In this document: piece by piece, positions 35,780 to 50,087 of the stretch
Layout: each line of letters starts with the position of its first letter
How positions within the stretch are numbered: position 1 is the first letter of the stretch
Source: Octopus sinensis
Lineage: Eukaryota
Assembly (NCBI RefSeq): GCF_006345805.1
Contig: NC_043014.1
Span: forward strand, 44,206,001-44,270,000
DNA length: 64,000 bases
Direction: 5' to 3'
Notes under the pieces: generated by a model
The model's database searches: none
What the model saw: the letters and a program-made list of their open reading frames with translations, nothing else
Told to the model about the DNA's origin: nothing
Made by a program: the position numbers and the translations under genes

Positions 35780-36480
35780 TTCTATTGTGTCTGGGGAGTG
35801 TCATTCTCTTTTGGTGCTTTATTACTTAACACACTCACCGGTTCGATTCCACTCACTTACTCTTTTTACTCTTTTACTTGTTTCAGTCATTTGACTGCGG
35901 CCATGCTGGAGCACCGCCTTTAGTCGAGCAAATCGACTCCGGGACTTATTTTTTGTAAGCCCAGTACTTATTCTATCGGTGTCTTTTGCCGAACCGCTAA
36001 GTGACGGGGACGTAAACACACCAGCATCGGTTGTCAAGCAATGCTAGGGGGACGAACACAGACACACAAACACACACATACATACATACATACATATATA
36101 TATATATAATATATATAGATATATATATATATATATATATATACGACAGGCTTCTTTCAGTTTCCGTCTACCAAATCCACTCACAAGGCATTGGTCGGCC
36201 CGGGGCTATAGCAGAAGACATTTGCCCAAGATGCCACGCAGTGGGACTGAACCCGGAACCATGTGGTTGGTTAGCAAGCTACTTACCACACAGCCACTCC
36301 TGAGCCTTATTTATTTTTTTCTAAAATTTTCGTTGCGTCTTGCAATTTCTTCAATAGTCGTTGAGAGTCAACGGCTATTGAAGAAAATTTTAGAAAAAAT
36401 AAACAAGTAAATGAGTGGAAATCGAACCAGTGAGTGTGTTAAGTAATAAAGCACTAAAAGAGAATGACTCTCCCCAGACA
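35780..36480. mobile_element. foldback (long-palindrome) element interrupted by SINE A (35860-36303, minus strand)
   Basis: Arms ATTGTGTCTGGGGAG.GTCATTCTC... / ...GAGAATGACTCTCCCCAGACACAAT; uninterrupted relative at 44500-44775. Confidence 0.65.
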
Positions 36481-36886
36481 CAATAAAATATGCTTCAACA
36501 CACGAATTCACATAAAGAATCTTGCAAACCAAATGCAAAAACGAAATAAACTTATTCTCTTTTCAGAATATCTTAAAGGATTGCTTTGGTATAATGATAG
36601 AACGCCTGTCACGTCTCCAAGAGATGTGAGTTCGAGTCTCACGGACAGCCTGCGACTTTTTCTTGGCAAGAGAGTTTTTCAGTTCAATATTTACATGCTG
36701 TTATTTATAGCTTTATGTTTATGCTTCGAGATATTCCGAAAAAAGAGATAGCAAACGTTTTCGCGAAAGCTTATAAAATTCTGATTGCGTCAACAATATA
36801 TATGTGCGTGAGAGAGAGAGAGAGGGAGAGAGAGAGGGGGAGAGGGAGAGCTGGAGAGAGAGAATGTATGTGTATATATATATATA

Positions 36887-37270
36887 CTAGCAGTATCGCC
36901 CGGCGTTGCTCAGGTTTGTAAGGGAAATAACTATAAAGCATTTTTAGAGAGTTATAGCCAAAAAATAGCAAAAAAATGGAAAAAAATTATGGTAAATATT
37001 TTTTTTTAGTTAAAAAAGGTGGAGTTGCGTCCCCTAGACAGTTTGCGGTTTGCGTTTCTGATTCTCGACCCCATGTCGAATTTATTGATTTTTTTCAGAA
37101 CTGGGGGAACTTTTCAAAATTTTCGCAGCGTTAGTTTTGAATTATGACATTGGGCTATGTGTGTGTCAAGTTTCATCAGAATTGGTTGAAAGCCGTGGTC
37201 AGGGTGAGGGTACAAGCAAACAGACACACAGAAACACGCACAGACAAACTGCCGTTTATATAGAGAGAGA
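36887..37270 (-). mobile_element. non-autonomous Helitron, chimeric (same 3' ~100 bp, different 5' body)
   Basis: Hairpin + CTAG end as in copies 1-3; 5' TC at 37270; unrelated interior. Confidence 0.7.
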
Positions 37271-37524
37271 TATACATGCATATATATATAAATAGATTGA
37301 CCTGCTCGCTTAGCCAGCGGTGTGGCGTCATTTGAAGGCTAAAACAATGCGAAGCGCTTGAAGGCTAAAACAATGCGAAGCGCATTGTGACCAGCGATGT
37401 GTAGCAACATATGATAGCCTGGTCGGTCACATGACCACGTGATATATATATATAAATAAATATACATATACGTGTGTGCATGCATGTATGCAAGTGTATA
37501 TGTATACGTATACACACACACGTG

Positions 37525-37555
<31 letters not shown>

Positions 37556-38265
37556 TGTGTGTGTGCGTGCGTGTGTGTTTTTGCAAGATTCTTGATATAA
37601 AATTGGGTGTTGAAACATGTTATTTCTGCTTGGGAGGGTAAATTTGCCAATAAAAACACACGCACCTTTTCTATTTCGCTTCTTTATATATATATATATA
37701 TATATATATAAAATCACACATCTAATCTAGTTTAACTAATTATCTAATCAGTTGTCTGCTCAATAATCCGCTCGATCAATCGATTAGTTAAAATCCTTTC
37801 GCCGTAATCTGCAACCTTATCGATGGCGTACACTCGTCCGCTCTACTTCAATCACAGACAAACCACGCAACACAAAAGTATAGACCAAAAGCACTCTAAT
37901 TAAAACTACAAGTACACACGCACGCACACTCGCACATACATACACACGCACATACGTATATATATATATATATATATATGCACACGTGTGTGAAAATAAG
38001 AGCATATGGGCATGGATGTGTGCGTATGTAAGTGTGAGTATGTATGTGAAAGTGCGTGTGCGTATGTATGTATGTCATTGTTCAGTTTTATTTCAAGATT
38101 TCTTGTCACCAGAGAAAGAGCCGGTTTCTAACACAGTTTTGCAGAATAGCAACGATATGTGTGTGTATGTGTGGTGTATGTCTGTGTGAGTATGTGCGTG
38201 TGTGTATATACATATGTATATACGCATATGTATGTATATATATATATGTATATGTATATAGTATA

Positions 38266-38313
<48 letters not shown>

Positions 38314-38597
38314 GTATGTATATGTATGTATGTATGTATGTATATATATGTATATATATATATGTATATATATATATCTATGTATATATATCGAAGTGTG
38401 TATTTTTCCCTTGTTAACAATTAACACGGAAAAAATATATAAATAGTTACCAGGGTAGCAAAAAGTCACACAAGTAAAAAGGTTGTAACTCCTTATTTTT
38501 AAAGGTAGAAACTTCGGGTTTACGTGGAATTTTTTGTATAATATATATATATAAATAAATAACTGGAGTTAAGCGCAGGTGTTATTTAAATTCTTTT

Positions 38598-38686
38598 ACT
38601 TCCGACACATGTTTCGAAGATATTACTGGTATTATTCCTAAGGAATAAAATGGTGTAAAACAATGAAATCTTCTCTTCAGGGAAGT
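38598..38686 (-). ncRNA. minimal type I hammerhead ribozyme, canonical core, in a Penelope-like non-autonomous element (about 38400-38900)
   Basis: ACUUCC-CUGAAGA-GAAGAU(46-nt loop)AUCUUC-GAAAC-AUGU-GUC-GGAAGU: 6-bp helix I, 6-bp helix II, palindromic ACAUGU helix III, GUC cleavage site. Confidence 0.85.
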
Positions 38687-40289
38687 GAAGAAATGAAACT
38701 CGTCCAAAAGGCATCTTAACAGAAAATGATGGATATGTATAGTGATTTACTGAATGCTATTAAGATTGTTTCTAAAAACGTTAGAGGATATAACGTCAAA
38801 GGCAGCCTATAGAAAGAGGAGGAATAAAGGAAAGAAAAACTAAATAAATGAGAAGTATATAACTATATGTATATTAAATAAAACCTTATACACTTGGAAA
38901 AAGATATATCTATTTTATATATATCAATTTTATATATATCAATTTTTATATATATCAATTTTATATCAAGAAACTTGCAAAATACACACACACACACACT
39001 TTTTCCAAGTCTATTTTCTTCTTTCAAATCAAGGGGTTAATGTCAGCGTAGATAAATATATTTTGGGGTATATGTATTTGTCCCCCTCCAACATCGCTTG
39101 ACAACCGATGGTGGTGTGTTTACGTCCTCGTCACTTAGCGGTTCGGCAAAAGAGACCGATAGAATAAGTACTAGGCTTCCAAAGAATAAGTCCTAGGGTC
39201 GATTTGCTCGACTAAAGGCGGTGCTCCAGCATGGCCGCAGTCAAATGACTGAAACAAGTAAAAGAGTGAAAGAGTATGTATAATATATATATATATATAT
39301 ATATAGATACATATGCATATATACATATGTATATACACACGCATACTCACACAGGCACACACACCACACATATACACACACATCGTTGCTATTATGCAAA
39401 AGTGTCGTAAGTCCAAAACGTTGCTATTGCAGAAACGGGAAAATGGTTTCACCATTCCATAACAAAACCGTTGTACTACACCTTGACAATTTTCGATATC
39501 TTGGCCCCTGAAGCAGCTGAAGACACAATAATTTGACCAAAAGAACCGGCTATTGCACGAAACAATAAAATATTGAAAAAATACAAAAACGCATTTGGCC
39601 AAATTTGGACATACGAGAGTTTAACATGATAGCAACGAATTACATTATACATATTAGCAGACAGCTCTGTGCATGCGTAATGACGTCTACAAACAAGAAC
39701 GCTGAAATGGAAACTTCAACGAAGAACATACATTTGGCAATTGTTTTAATAACTTGCATTTACTTGTCGAAAGTCTTAACTACAGAAATAAACATTAATC
39801 GCCATGTTTACTTAAACATTTACGGCATTTCTCTTATCTAAGCTGGCAATGGAGGAATTATTCCTAGAAAATTATTATGCTTCATTGGCAGATTCGGAAG
39901 AAGATTGAAAATGCTTTGAGATATTAAATGGACTTGGTGGCATCGTTAGCCCATCAGCCAAAATACCTACGATGTTTTTATTAAGGATTTCTATGTCCGG
40001 AGTTCAAATCCGGCAAGAGTCGCCTAAAACTTTATATTCTTTCAGTTTCGATATTAAAATGATTTGGCGAGTACAGGATCTTTTTTACTCTTTTTACTTG
40101 TTTCAGTCATTTGACTGCGGCCATGCTGGAGCACCGCTTTCAGTCGAGCAAATCGACCCCAGGTCTTATCCTTTGTAAGCCTAGTACTTATTCTATCGGT
40201 CTCTTTTGCCGAACCGCTATGTCAAGCGATGTTGGGAGGGGGGGCCGACAAACACAGACATACAAGCATATACACACACATACATACAA

Positions 40290-40885
40290 TATATTGCCGA
40301 AAAATTGCCGAAAATCTTCAAATTCTTCATGGTACTGTTAATAAAATTATAGTGCAATTCAAAAGCCAAGGAAAAGAATCAACAGATTCTCGTCCCGGCC
40401 GACCTGGGCCCTCGGAAAGGAAGCTTCACTGTTTGAAGAGAATTGTGGAAAACGAACACCATTTGAAGGCTTCTGACATTGCAAAACAGCTAGAAGTTAG
40501 TCCCAGAACATGTGTTACATATCTGCATAAGCTTGGGTATTATGGACGTGCAGCTAGAAAACCTCTCCTTCAACCAATTAATATCCTGAAAAGAAAGAAA
40601 TGGGCTAAGGAGATATCAGAAAAATCCAGTTCATTTTGGAATAGAGTGATTTTCTCAGATGAATCCAGGTTTGCATTATTATCAGACAGTGGACGTGTTT
40701 GGGTCTGGAGGCTTCCCAATCAAGAATTTGATTTGAAACAACTCCAACCAACTGTGAAACATGGCGGTATCTCTGTAATGGTATGGGAAGCTGTCACCAG
40801 CAATGGTCATTCTGAGCTGATTGAAAGTGCTGGAACCATAAACTCTGAAAAATACATCGAAATACTTAAGCAAGGACTACTTCCG
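40290..40885 (+). mobile_element. Tc1/mariner transposase fragment (HTH plus first catalytic D), truncated at both ends
   Basis: GYYGRAARKPLLQPINILKRKKWAKE..WNRVIFSDESRF...QPTVKHGGISVMVW = classic Tc1 motifs; ends before the second catalytic D. Confidence 0.92.
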
Positions 40886-40899
40886 TGAAAACCAGACCA

Positions 40900-40926
40900 T
40901 GTTTTAACTTTATTCAACTGATGTGT

Positions 40927-40967
<41 letters not shown>

Positions 40968-41271
40968 TGTGTGTGTGAGTATTTATGTATACACGCGCAC
41001 GCACAAAATCTGGTAGAAAAGCAACAAAGACAAAAATACATACATTCATATATACATGGGTACATACGTACATACATGCATACGTACATATGTACATATA
41101 TACGTACATGGATATATATCGCACATACATGCATGCATGCATACATGCATGCATACATACATACACACATACATACATACAAACTTACACACAAATGTAA
41201 ATATATACACACATATGTACACATACATGCATGCATACATACTTTCATACATACATACATACATACATACA

Positions 41272-41303
<32 letters not shown>

Positions 41304-42000
41304 CACATACATACATACAAACATACATACATATGTACACACATGCATACGTACACACATACACATACATGCATGCATATATACAAACATAGATACATAC
41401 ATACATGCATGCATACACACATGCATATATACTTTCATACATGCATATATATACGCACATACACATACATACATACATACATACATGCATACAAACATAC
41501 ATACATACATACATACATACATACACGCATACATACATACATACATACATACATCCATACATACACACATACATACATACATACATACATACACACACAT
41601 ACATACATACACACATACATACATACATATATACATACAAACATACATAAATACATACATACATACATACATACATACATACATACATACATCCATACAT
41701 ACACACACACATACATACATACATACACACACTTACATACATACACACATACATACATACATATATACAAACAAACATACATAAATACATACATACATAC
41801 ATACAAACACATAAATACATACATACATACATATATACATACAGACATATATATATACAAACATACATAAATACATCCATCCATCCATCCATACATACAT
41901 ACATACATACATACATACTTTCATACATATGTACACATATGCATGCATATACATACATACATACATACTTACATACATTAGCATACATACATTAGCAGTC
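40900..42000. repeat. 1.1-kb degenerate (TACA)n microsatellite
   Basis: Direct inspection. Confidence 0.95.
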
Positions 42001-42419
42001 GCTAGAAAATTCCACCTACATGTTATTGTTTTTGCTTTTTTGTTATATTTTACTTTTTTTTTAGTTTTGTTCCCCTTTTTTCTGTTCCTTTCACTTTATT
42101 AACATTTGTTTATTTGCTTATTTACCTTCTTCCACTCCCCAGAGATTTTAATTTTTTCTTCCCTCTCCGCGCAGTTTTTGCATTCCCAAATAAACACGGA
42201 AACATTCTTTCTGTATGTAGCATTTCCACCCTAACCCCTATTCCACACCCATTCGCCTTTCTAGAACCTTTATTCTAAGAAGCAAAAAAAAAAAACTTCC
42301 ATGCATTCGCTAGATACTGACGGAAACGGTCCGCTTCTAAGGAAATGAGGAAATACATATCAGTCTCAGATATGAATCATAACAACGAAAGAGAGCAACA
42401 AGGATTACTGAAAAAAAAA

Positions 42420-43110
<691 letters not shown>

Positions 43111-43201
43111 ATTGGTTACAAATTTTGCCACAAGGCAGCAATTTTGGAGTAGGGTATAAGTCGATTGCATCGACCCCAGCGTGCAGCTGGTATTTATTAT
43201 A

Positions 43202-43232
<31 letters not shown>

Positions 43233-43759
43233 AAGAAGAAGAAGAAGAAGAGGGAGGAGTAGTAGATGATGATGATGATGATGATGAACTGGAATTAAGG
43301 CACACATTGACGACTAGTAGGAAAAGTGCCATCTTGCATTCTACAAGTGTCTTAAGAATGAATTCTTGAGATTCGAGGAAACTTTTTGTCACCAAACCTC
43401 AAAATGATACCCCTGGTAACTAAAGTAGAGTGTAATAGTCTTATAAATTAAACGAAAACTATTAATATTTAACATGTGGAATCCCGTAGAGGATATTTAT
43501 TACAAGGGAGATAATCCTTTTCTGATAATATTTGGCGGAATAAGAAGCTAGGAGAATAAGGAAGATGCACAGAATTTACATTTTTATTTATTCATTTGCT
43601 TACTTAACGAAGGTCTTAAAGTTTCTGGTCTCAGGTAATCATGCATGACACCATTTCATCCTTTTTAAAAATCATCAGCATGGCATAACTCACAGTTATC
43701 CAAGAAGTAGTTGTTTGTGTTTTTTTGTTGTTGTTGTTGTTGTTGTTGTTTTTGCTGTT

Positions 43760-44460
43760 GTTTTATACCCCACCTAGCCTCAATACAAATGAAATATAGC
43801 AAATATCTAGTGGAACAAGTGGGGGACTAATATATCTAAATCGATCTAAATAGATCATCAATATTTTACTTATTCTGGAAGCATGAATGTCAAAGTTTTC
43901 CTCAGTGGGATTAGAACTCAGACCATAAGGAGAAATATCTAAATACCAGAGGGTATGGCCTATAATCAAAGGTATCCACCAACTTACTTTCATTTCACTT
44001 GCTTTTCTTAGACATAGTTTACCTCGGCTTACATTAGACAATGTGCTCCTTTTTAAGACGGCAGGGTAGTTGTCGTTGCTATTGTTTTGTCTCAGGTAGT
44101 CACCAATCAAAAAACTTATAGTCCCACGCATTCCATCCATAACTACCTCTCCCCACTTTTTTTTGTTCCGGTCTAGTATATCTAGAACCACATCTTTATC
44201 TAATACCGCCTTCCTTCTTTGAGACAGCAAGGTGTAATATGAGGGAGATTTAAATGCTATATTTAAGTAGATTGAGCCACATATTAGCAGTTTCCACGAG
44301 TCATTCTGAGCGGTAAACGGGATTTATCATCCTAATAAACACCATCGACACCTGGTCTCTTACGGACGGCTTTAGCAGCCTACTCTCTGTTTAAGAACTC
44401 AACGGTATTCTCTGGTTTGAGACTAACTTCTTCTCTTCCTGTACTCCATCTTGGAGACCC
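43760..44460 (-). pseudogene. degenerate coding remnant, possibly a LINE AP-endonuclease region
   Basis: Non-repetitive 155-codon open frame containing ISFLIGDY (weakly like the IIGDFN endonuclease motif); no other diagnostic motif. Confidence 0.25.
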
Positions 44461-44499
44461 CCAAAATGTATTCCACTTCAGACTAAGTTAGAAAACAAT

Positions 44500-44775
44500 A
44501 TTTTCTGTTGTGCTTGGGGAGAGTCATTTTCTTTTTGTGCCTTATAATGCAACACACTCGCCGGTAAAATTTCCACTTATTTCTTATTTTTATTTTCCTA
44601 AAATTTTCGTTGCATCTTGCAGCCTTTTAAATATAGAATCAACACTATTGAAGAAGTTGCAAGATGCAACGAAAATCTTAGGAAAATAAAAATAGGAAAT
44701 AAGTGAAAATTTTTACTGGTGAGTGTGTTACATTATAAGGCACAAAAAGAAAATGACTCTCCCAAGACACAACAG
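44500..44775. mobile_element. foldback element (about 130-bp inverted arms, short loop)
   Basis: TTGTGCTTGGGGAGAGTCATTTTCTTTTTGTGCCTTATAATG... / ...CATTATAAGGCACAAAAAGAAAATGACTCTCCCAAGACACAA. Confidence 0.75.
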
Positions 44776-46400
44776 AATATGCTTCAACACACGAACTCAT
44801 ATAAAGAATCTTGCAAACCAAATCCAAAAACGAAAAACAATATTTTCCTTTTTACAAAAAAGTGTGGGGGTAAGACTTGATGAAAGTATGGCTGTTATTT
44901 CTTGCACCAAGACGAACGATCAAGCAGAAGCTGCTTCGTTGTCTTGAAGGGGGGAAATAGATAAATAAAGAATAAGTAAAAATAAAAAAAAACAAAAAAC
45001 AAAAAAACAACTGCCTGTTGTTTGTTATCTTACTCGTCTGTATTCAATTTCCACTTCCTATTCAAAACTTTCGCCTCCTTACCTTGTTAGAGAAGCAGAT
45101 ATAACTTATGTTTTCCATCGCAATGACTAAGCCGATTGAAACATAAATCCTTCAAACTCCTTTTACTGATTATTGTTAACCTTCTTCAGTCATATTTTCT
45201 TTCACAATTGTAAATATATATATATATATATATGTATATATATGTTAACGTGGTACGTTTTTAATACAAAAGCTATTATGTCGAACAATGCTGTTGTGTT
45301 TTTGTTTTTCTTAAAATTAACTTGGCAGTATATTTTATCTTCACGCCTGCTGCATATTTCATGCACACACACACACACACAACACACACACACACACACA
45401 CACACATAAATACACATACACATACACACACACACACAGATTTACGTAACGCAGGCTCATTTGCACACCTGTCTATATATGTCGGTTCGTCTCTTTCTCT
45501 TTGTCTACATATTTAGTATTTGTTTGTTTGTTTGTTTGTACGTCTGTTTCTGTATCTGTTTGTATAATGTCCATGTGTGTGTGTGTGTGTGGTGTGTGTG
45601 TGTTGTGCGTGCATATTTATATATGTAATATATGTATTCATGTAGTCTAGCAATTAATTTGTATTGTAAAATTTCCCAAGAATAGCTTCTGCTTCAAGAT
45701 ATATAGTTATGATACTAACATGCTTTATGCAGTGAGTCAAAAGTAATTTTAAAACAGCGGGAAGAAGAAAATCAGTAATGCTAATAACAAGTCTTATCAG
45801 GAAAAGCAAGGGAGAGAACTTTGAATTATAAATACGTTAAAAATTAAATAGAAGCATGCAGTGAGCAGTGACCCTGAGCTTTGATAAGCAAAGTGACAAC
45901 GTTGGACATTTTCAGGCTTATTTGACCTCATTAACGAAGTATAACCGTGAACATAGAAGGAGGGTATATATTTTTTATGGTGGCTGATGGATAGGTCGAT
46001 CCTTCACTCATGAACTAAAAATAATAACGTTTGATTTTTTATCTTTTATGTTTTAGTTGTTTCGCTCTTAGACTGCGGCCACGCTGGAGCACTGCCTTGT
46101 GGATTTTATATTTAGTCGAACTAATCCATCCCTGTACTTTTTAACGCGACTGGTACTAATTCTATCTATCTGTTTTGCCGAACCGCTAAGTTACGGAGGC
46201 TATAGTAGCAGACACTTGCCTAAGGTGCCACGCAATGGCTCTGAACCGAGAACCATGTAGTTGGAAAGCAAAGCTCTTACCACACAGCCACACCTAAACC
46301 TGGAAAATTTGCCAGATGATCTTGATGTAGAAAGCATTCCTGGCACAAATATTCTCTGTGTCTCTGTTTCTTTCTATATTTAATAAACTGTTGTTTCTCT

Positions 46401-46441
<41 letters not shown>

Positions 46442-46457
46442 TATATATATATATATA

Positions 46458-46825
46458 CGGCAAAACGCCCCCCTGTCCAATGAACGGTGCTGAGTTGTCA
46501 ACATTTAAACCAAATTTTCTCAAAACCAACAACTTGTCTGACCGTCCCATAGGCCTCCCCTTTGAGAAACATTGATTTAACCTAAATTTGAGACACCAAC
46601 AAAAGAAGAAATAAAGATAGACTTGTTTTCTATTCCAAACAAAACGATTTTATTCACTTTACCGATCGCATTCTCGCCTGGAATCGATTTTTGTAATTTT
46701 TTCAAGACTTATACACGCCCTGATACCGTCGATATCTACATATCAAATTTGAGACCAATCGGATGGAGGATGCCCGAGATCCTAGAAGACACATATAGAC
46801 AGACAGAACGGATTTTATATAAGAT
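46458..46825 (-). mobile_element. probable non-autonomous Helitron-like element of another family
   Basis: Right end ACAGACAGAACGGATTTTATATAAGAT resembles the TC 5' terminus of the other Helitrons; CTAG end not seen. Confidence 0.4.
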
Positions 46826-47054
46826 ATATATATATATATATATATATATTTCTCTATGTCTATGTTTATCTGCATTTAAAAATTTATGCATTCTTTTATT
46901 CTTTTACTTGTTTCAGTCATTTGACTGCGGCCATGCTGGAGCACTGCCTTTAGTCGAACAAATCGATCCTAGGACTTATTCTTTAGTCTTGCTTAAGCTT
47001 CCGATCAACATACCTATGCATAATCTTTCTTTTTTCTTTTCTTTTGTATGTTGA

Positions 47055-47375
47055 GTGCTTTCCATCCAGGTCTTCTCTGAGGTAAGAGAGCTCAGCTGCT
47101 GTGGGGCTGTATAGGAGATAATCAGTAAGGGAGTGTTTGTTGAGGAGTTCACTGCCATCTCGTACAATGTTGCTCACTTCACTTTTCAGCACTGCGTTTA
47201 GATATTCATTTTTGCTACTGTTGTTTATCAGGTGCTGATTGAGTGATACAATACGGCTTTCGAAGGCCGTCTTCACTGATTTCAGGCCTCTATCACCTTC
47301 GTTTCTTCTTGGGTAGAGCCTGTCAACATCATTGTTTCTGTGGAAGTTCCCAGTTCTCGGGATTTTGCGGGTTTT
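47055..47375 (-). mobile_element. non-LTR retrotransposon post-RT fragment (RTE/R4-Dong-like), degenerate
   Basis: NFHRNNDVDRLYPRRNEGDRGLKSVKTAFESRIVSL matches the H.K.DVDRLYL.R.EGGRGL motif of these ORFs. Confidence 0.75.
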
Positions 47376-48304
47376 GATATGTATGTATTTGTGTATGTAT
47401 GTATGTATGTATGTATGTATGTATGTATGTATGTATGTATGTATGTATGTTTGTATGTTTGTTTGTATGTATGTATGTATGTATGTATGTATGTATGTAT
47501 GTATGTATGTATGTATGTATGCATGCATGTATGTTTGTATGTATGTTTGTATGTATGTATGTATGTATGTTTGTGTGTATGTATGTATGTATGTATGTAT
47601 GTATGTATGTATGTATGCATGCATGCATGCATGTATGTATGTATGTATGTATGTATGTATGTATGTATGTATGTATGTATATATGCATGTATGTATACAT
47701 GCATGTATGTACGTGCCTACATACATACTGTATACCTACTTACCGATCATATAATCTGTCCATCTAGTTAATTAACTATTTAACTCTCTCTTTACCATAT
47801 CACCACCTCAGACACGCACATGCAAACGTGTGTGTAAAATTACACATATACAACCACGCAGACAAGTCTACCACACACATACACACACATATGCATGTAT
47901 GCACAAATTTCTCTCTCCTCCCTCTCTCTTCCCTCCCTCTCTCTCTCTCCCCCTCTCTCTCTCTCTCTCTCTCTCTCTTTGAATATGTGTGTGCGTGCTT
48001 CAGGATGGTTGAGAAATATATGAAGAAATAGAGTACATGGAAAGATATACACACACAATACGGACATACATATGTATATATACATGTCAGGATATGTGTA
48101 TAGGTGTGTTTGTGTGTAGGTGTGTGTGTGTGTAGGTGTGTGTGTGTGTACAAGAGAGAAAGAAAGTGAGATAAGTGGGGAGGAATGGTGAGAGAGAGAC
48201 GAAAAGAGAAAGAAAGAGATACGAGTGAGATGGTGTGAAAGAAATAATATATATTAATTTATAATATATATATATATTATATATATATATATATATATTA
48301 GATA

Positions 48305-48404
48305 NNNNNNNNNNNNNNNNNNNNNNNNNNNNNNNNNNNNNNNNNNNNNNNNNNNNNNNNNNNNNNNNNNNNNNNNNNNNNNNNNNNNNNNNNNNNNNNN
48401 NNNN
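48305..48404. other. assembly gap (100 N)
   Basis: Exact 100-N run, typical scaffolding spacer. Confidence 0.99.
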
Positions 48405-48640
48405 GGATCTCCTTGGACCGGTCAGAGACGAATCTCTAATTTGACTGGTCCTTCTGTTGCTTCAACTCCGCGACTCTTGTCACATCGACGTGATGTCGTC
48501 AGTCTAAAACTTATCTTATCGTTTTGCCACAGGAAGTGCTCTGATGAACTTTCTCCTGTAATTCCAGATACTGAAATATCATGGAGAAATCCAGGATTCA
48601 ATTCTTTAACATAAATAAAATTCAGCCTATTTATACATAA

Positions 48641-49026
48641 CTAGCAGTATCGCCCGGCGTTGCTCGGGTTTGTAAGGGAAATAACTATATAAGCATTTTT
48701 AGAGATGTAAAGTATAATAGCCATCTCAATACGGCTAACCACAAAGGGGGGGTGTACTGTAGCTTTTACGTTCTGAGATTTAATAATAATTTTAGAGAGT
48801 TACTTCCCTTATATATGCCAAAAATGCATTAAAATGGGAAAAATTGATGGTAAATTTTTTTTTTAATCGTAGACTCATCGTAGACCGCGCTAATACCCAG
48901 AAGGGCTCGATATGAATCACGACTATAAGATACCCGGTTTTGGTTAACTGCACCGCAAAATGTGGGAGTAGTTAGGAATCTAAATCGTAGGAGACAGACA
49001 GACACAACCTCTCTTTTATATATACA
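48641..49026 (-). mobile_element. non-autonomous Helitron, copy of the 18848 family (short form)
   Basis: CTAG + hairpin 3' end and shared body. Confidence 0.8.
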
Positions 49027-49624
49027 TAATATATAAATTTATGGAGTTGAACGTAGATGCTATTCAAATTCAAAATAATTTGAAGAGCATCTGTGTTCAA
49101 CTCCATTTGTTTACTTATACTACACAAATTACTGCACATTAACCCGGAGTTTCTACCTTTGTATAGGTCGCTACATCCTTGTTACTTTCGTGAATTTTAC
49201 TACCCTGGTAACTGTTTATTGAATTTTCCATGTTAACGGTAAACAAAGGATAATTCATTCATCCATTTAATATATAAATTTATGTATATATTAGAAGTAA
49301 ATACATAAATACAGGTATGGACTTGTGTTTAAAAGCAATATATATATATAGAAGGAAGACGAAAATCTCCCTAGCTGCGGTTAGTGAGAGATCACGAGAT
49401 ACTTACATCAAGAACGATATACAAATTACCATTTTAATCTAATACTGCTTTTGATTTATACAAGAGATTTTTTATTTAACCGAACATCTTGCAACATCAG
49501 TGGTTGTTAACATCGGTGGCGACAAATTGCTGTTGGCTGTGACTACAAACAATTGATAATGCCCGACAAGAGAGGAATAAATCTAGCATTTTCATAAGCC
49601 GGTACTAGGACGATTTTGTCTTCC

Positions 49625-49865
49625 TCCGATATATATTTATTTCTTTACTGCCCACAAGGGGCTAAACATATAGAGGACAAACAAGGACAGACGAAGAGAT
49701 TGAGTCGATTATATCGACCCCAGTGCGAAACTGGTACTTTATTTATCGACCCCGAAGATGAAAGGCAAAGTCGACCTCGGCGAATTTGACACTCAGAACG
49801 TAACGACTACGAAATACCGCTAAGCGTTTCGCCCGGCACGCTACGTGTCTGCCAGGCCGCCGCCT
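49625..49865 (-). mobile_element. SINE family B
   Basis: Full-length match. Confidence 0.8.
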
Positions 49866-50056
49866 TATATATATTGTGTTTTTAAACACAGCACGTCCGT
49901 AAGAGATATTATCTCCGGAAGAATACCGCAGTAAATATCTTGATGCTTTGTGTGATTCATTTTCATTAAATATGATATACAGATGGTGTTTATATATACG
50001 TGTGTGCGCGCGTGTGTGTGTGTGTATGTATGTATGTATGTATGTATGTATGTATG

Positions 50057-50087
<31 letters not shown>

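Noticed and set aside
36585-36660. tRNA gene (A-box TGGTATAATGATAG, B-box GTTCGAGTC)
   Set aside because: Acceptor and anticodon stems do not pair convincingly; more likely a decayed SINE head
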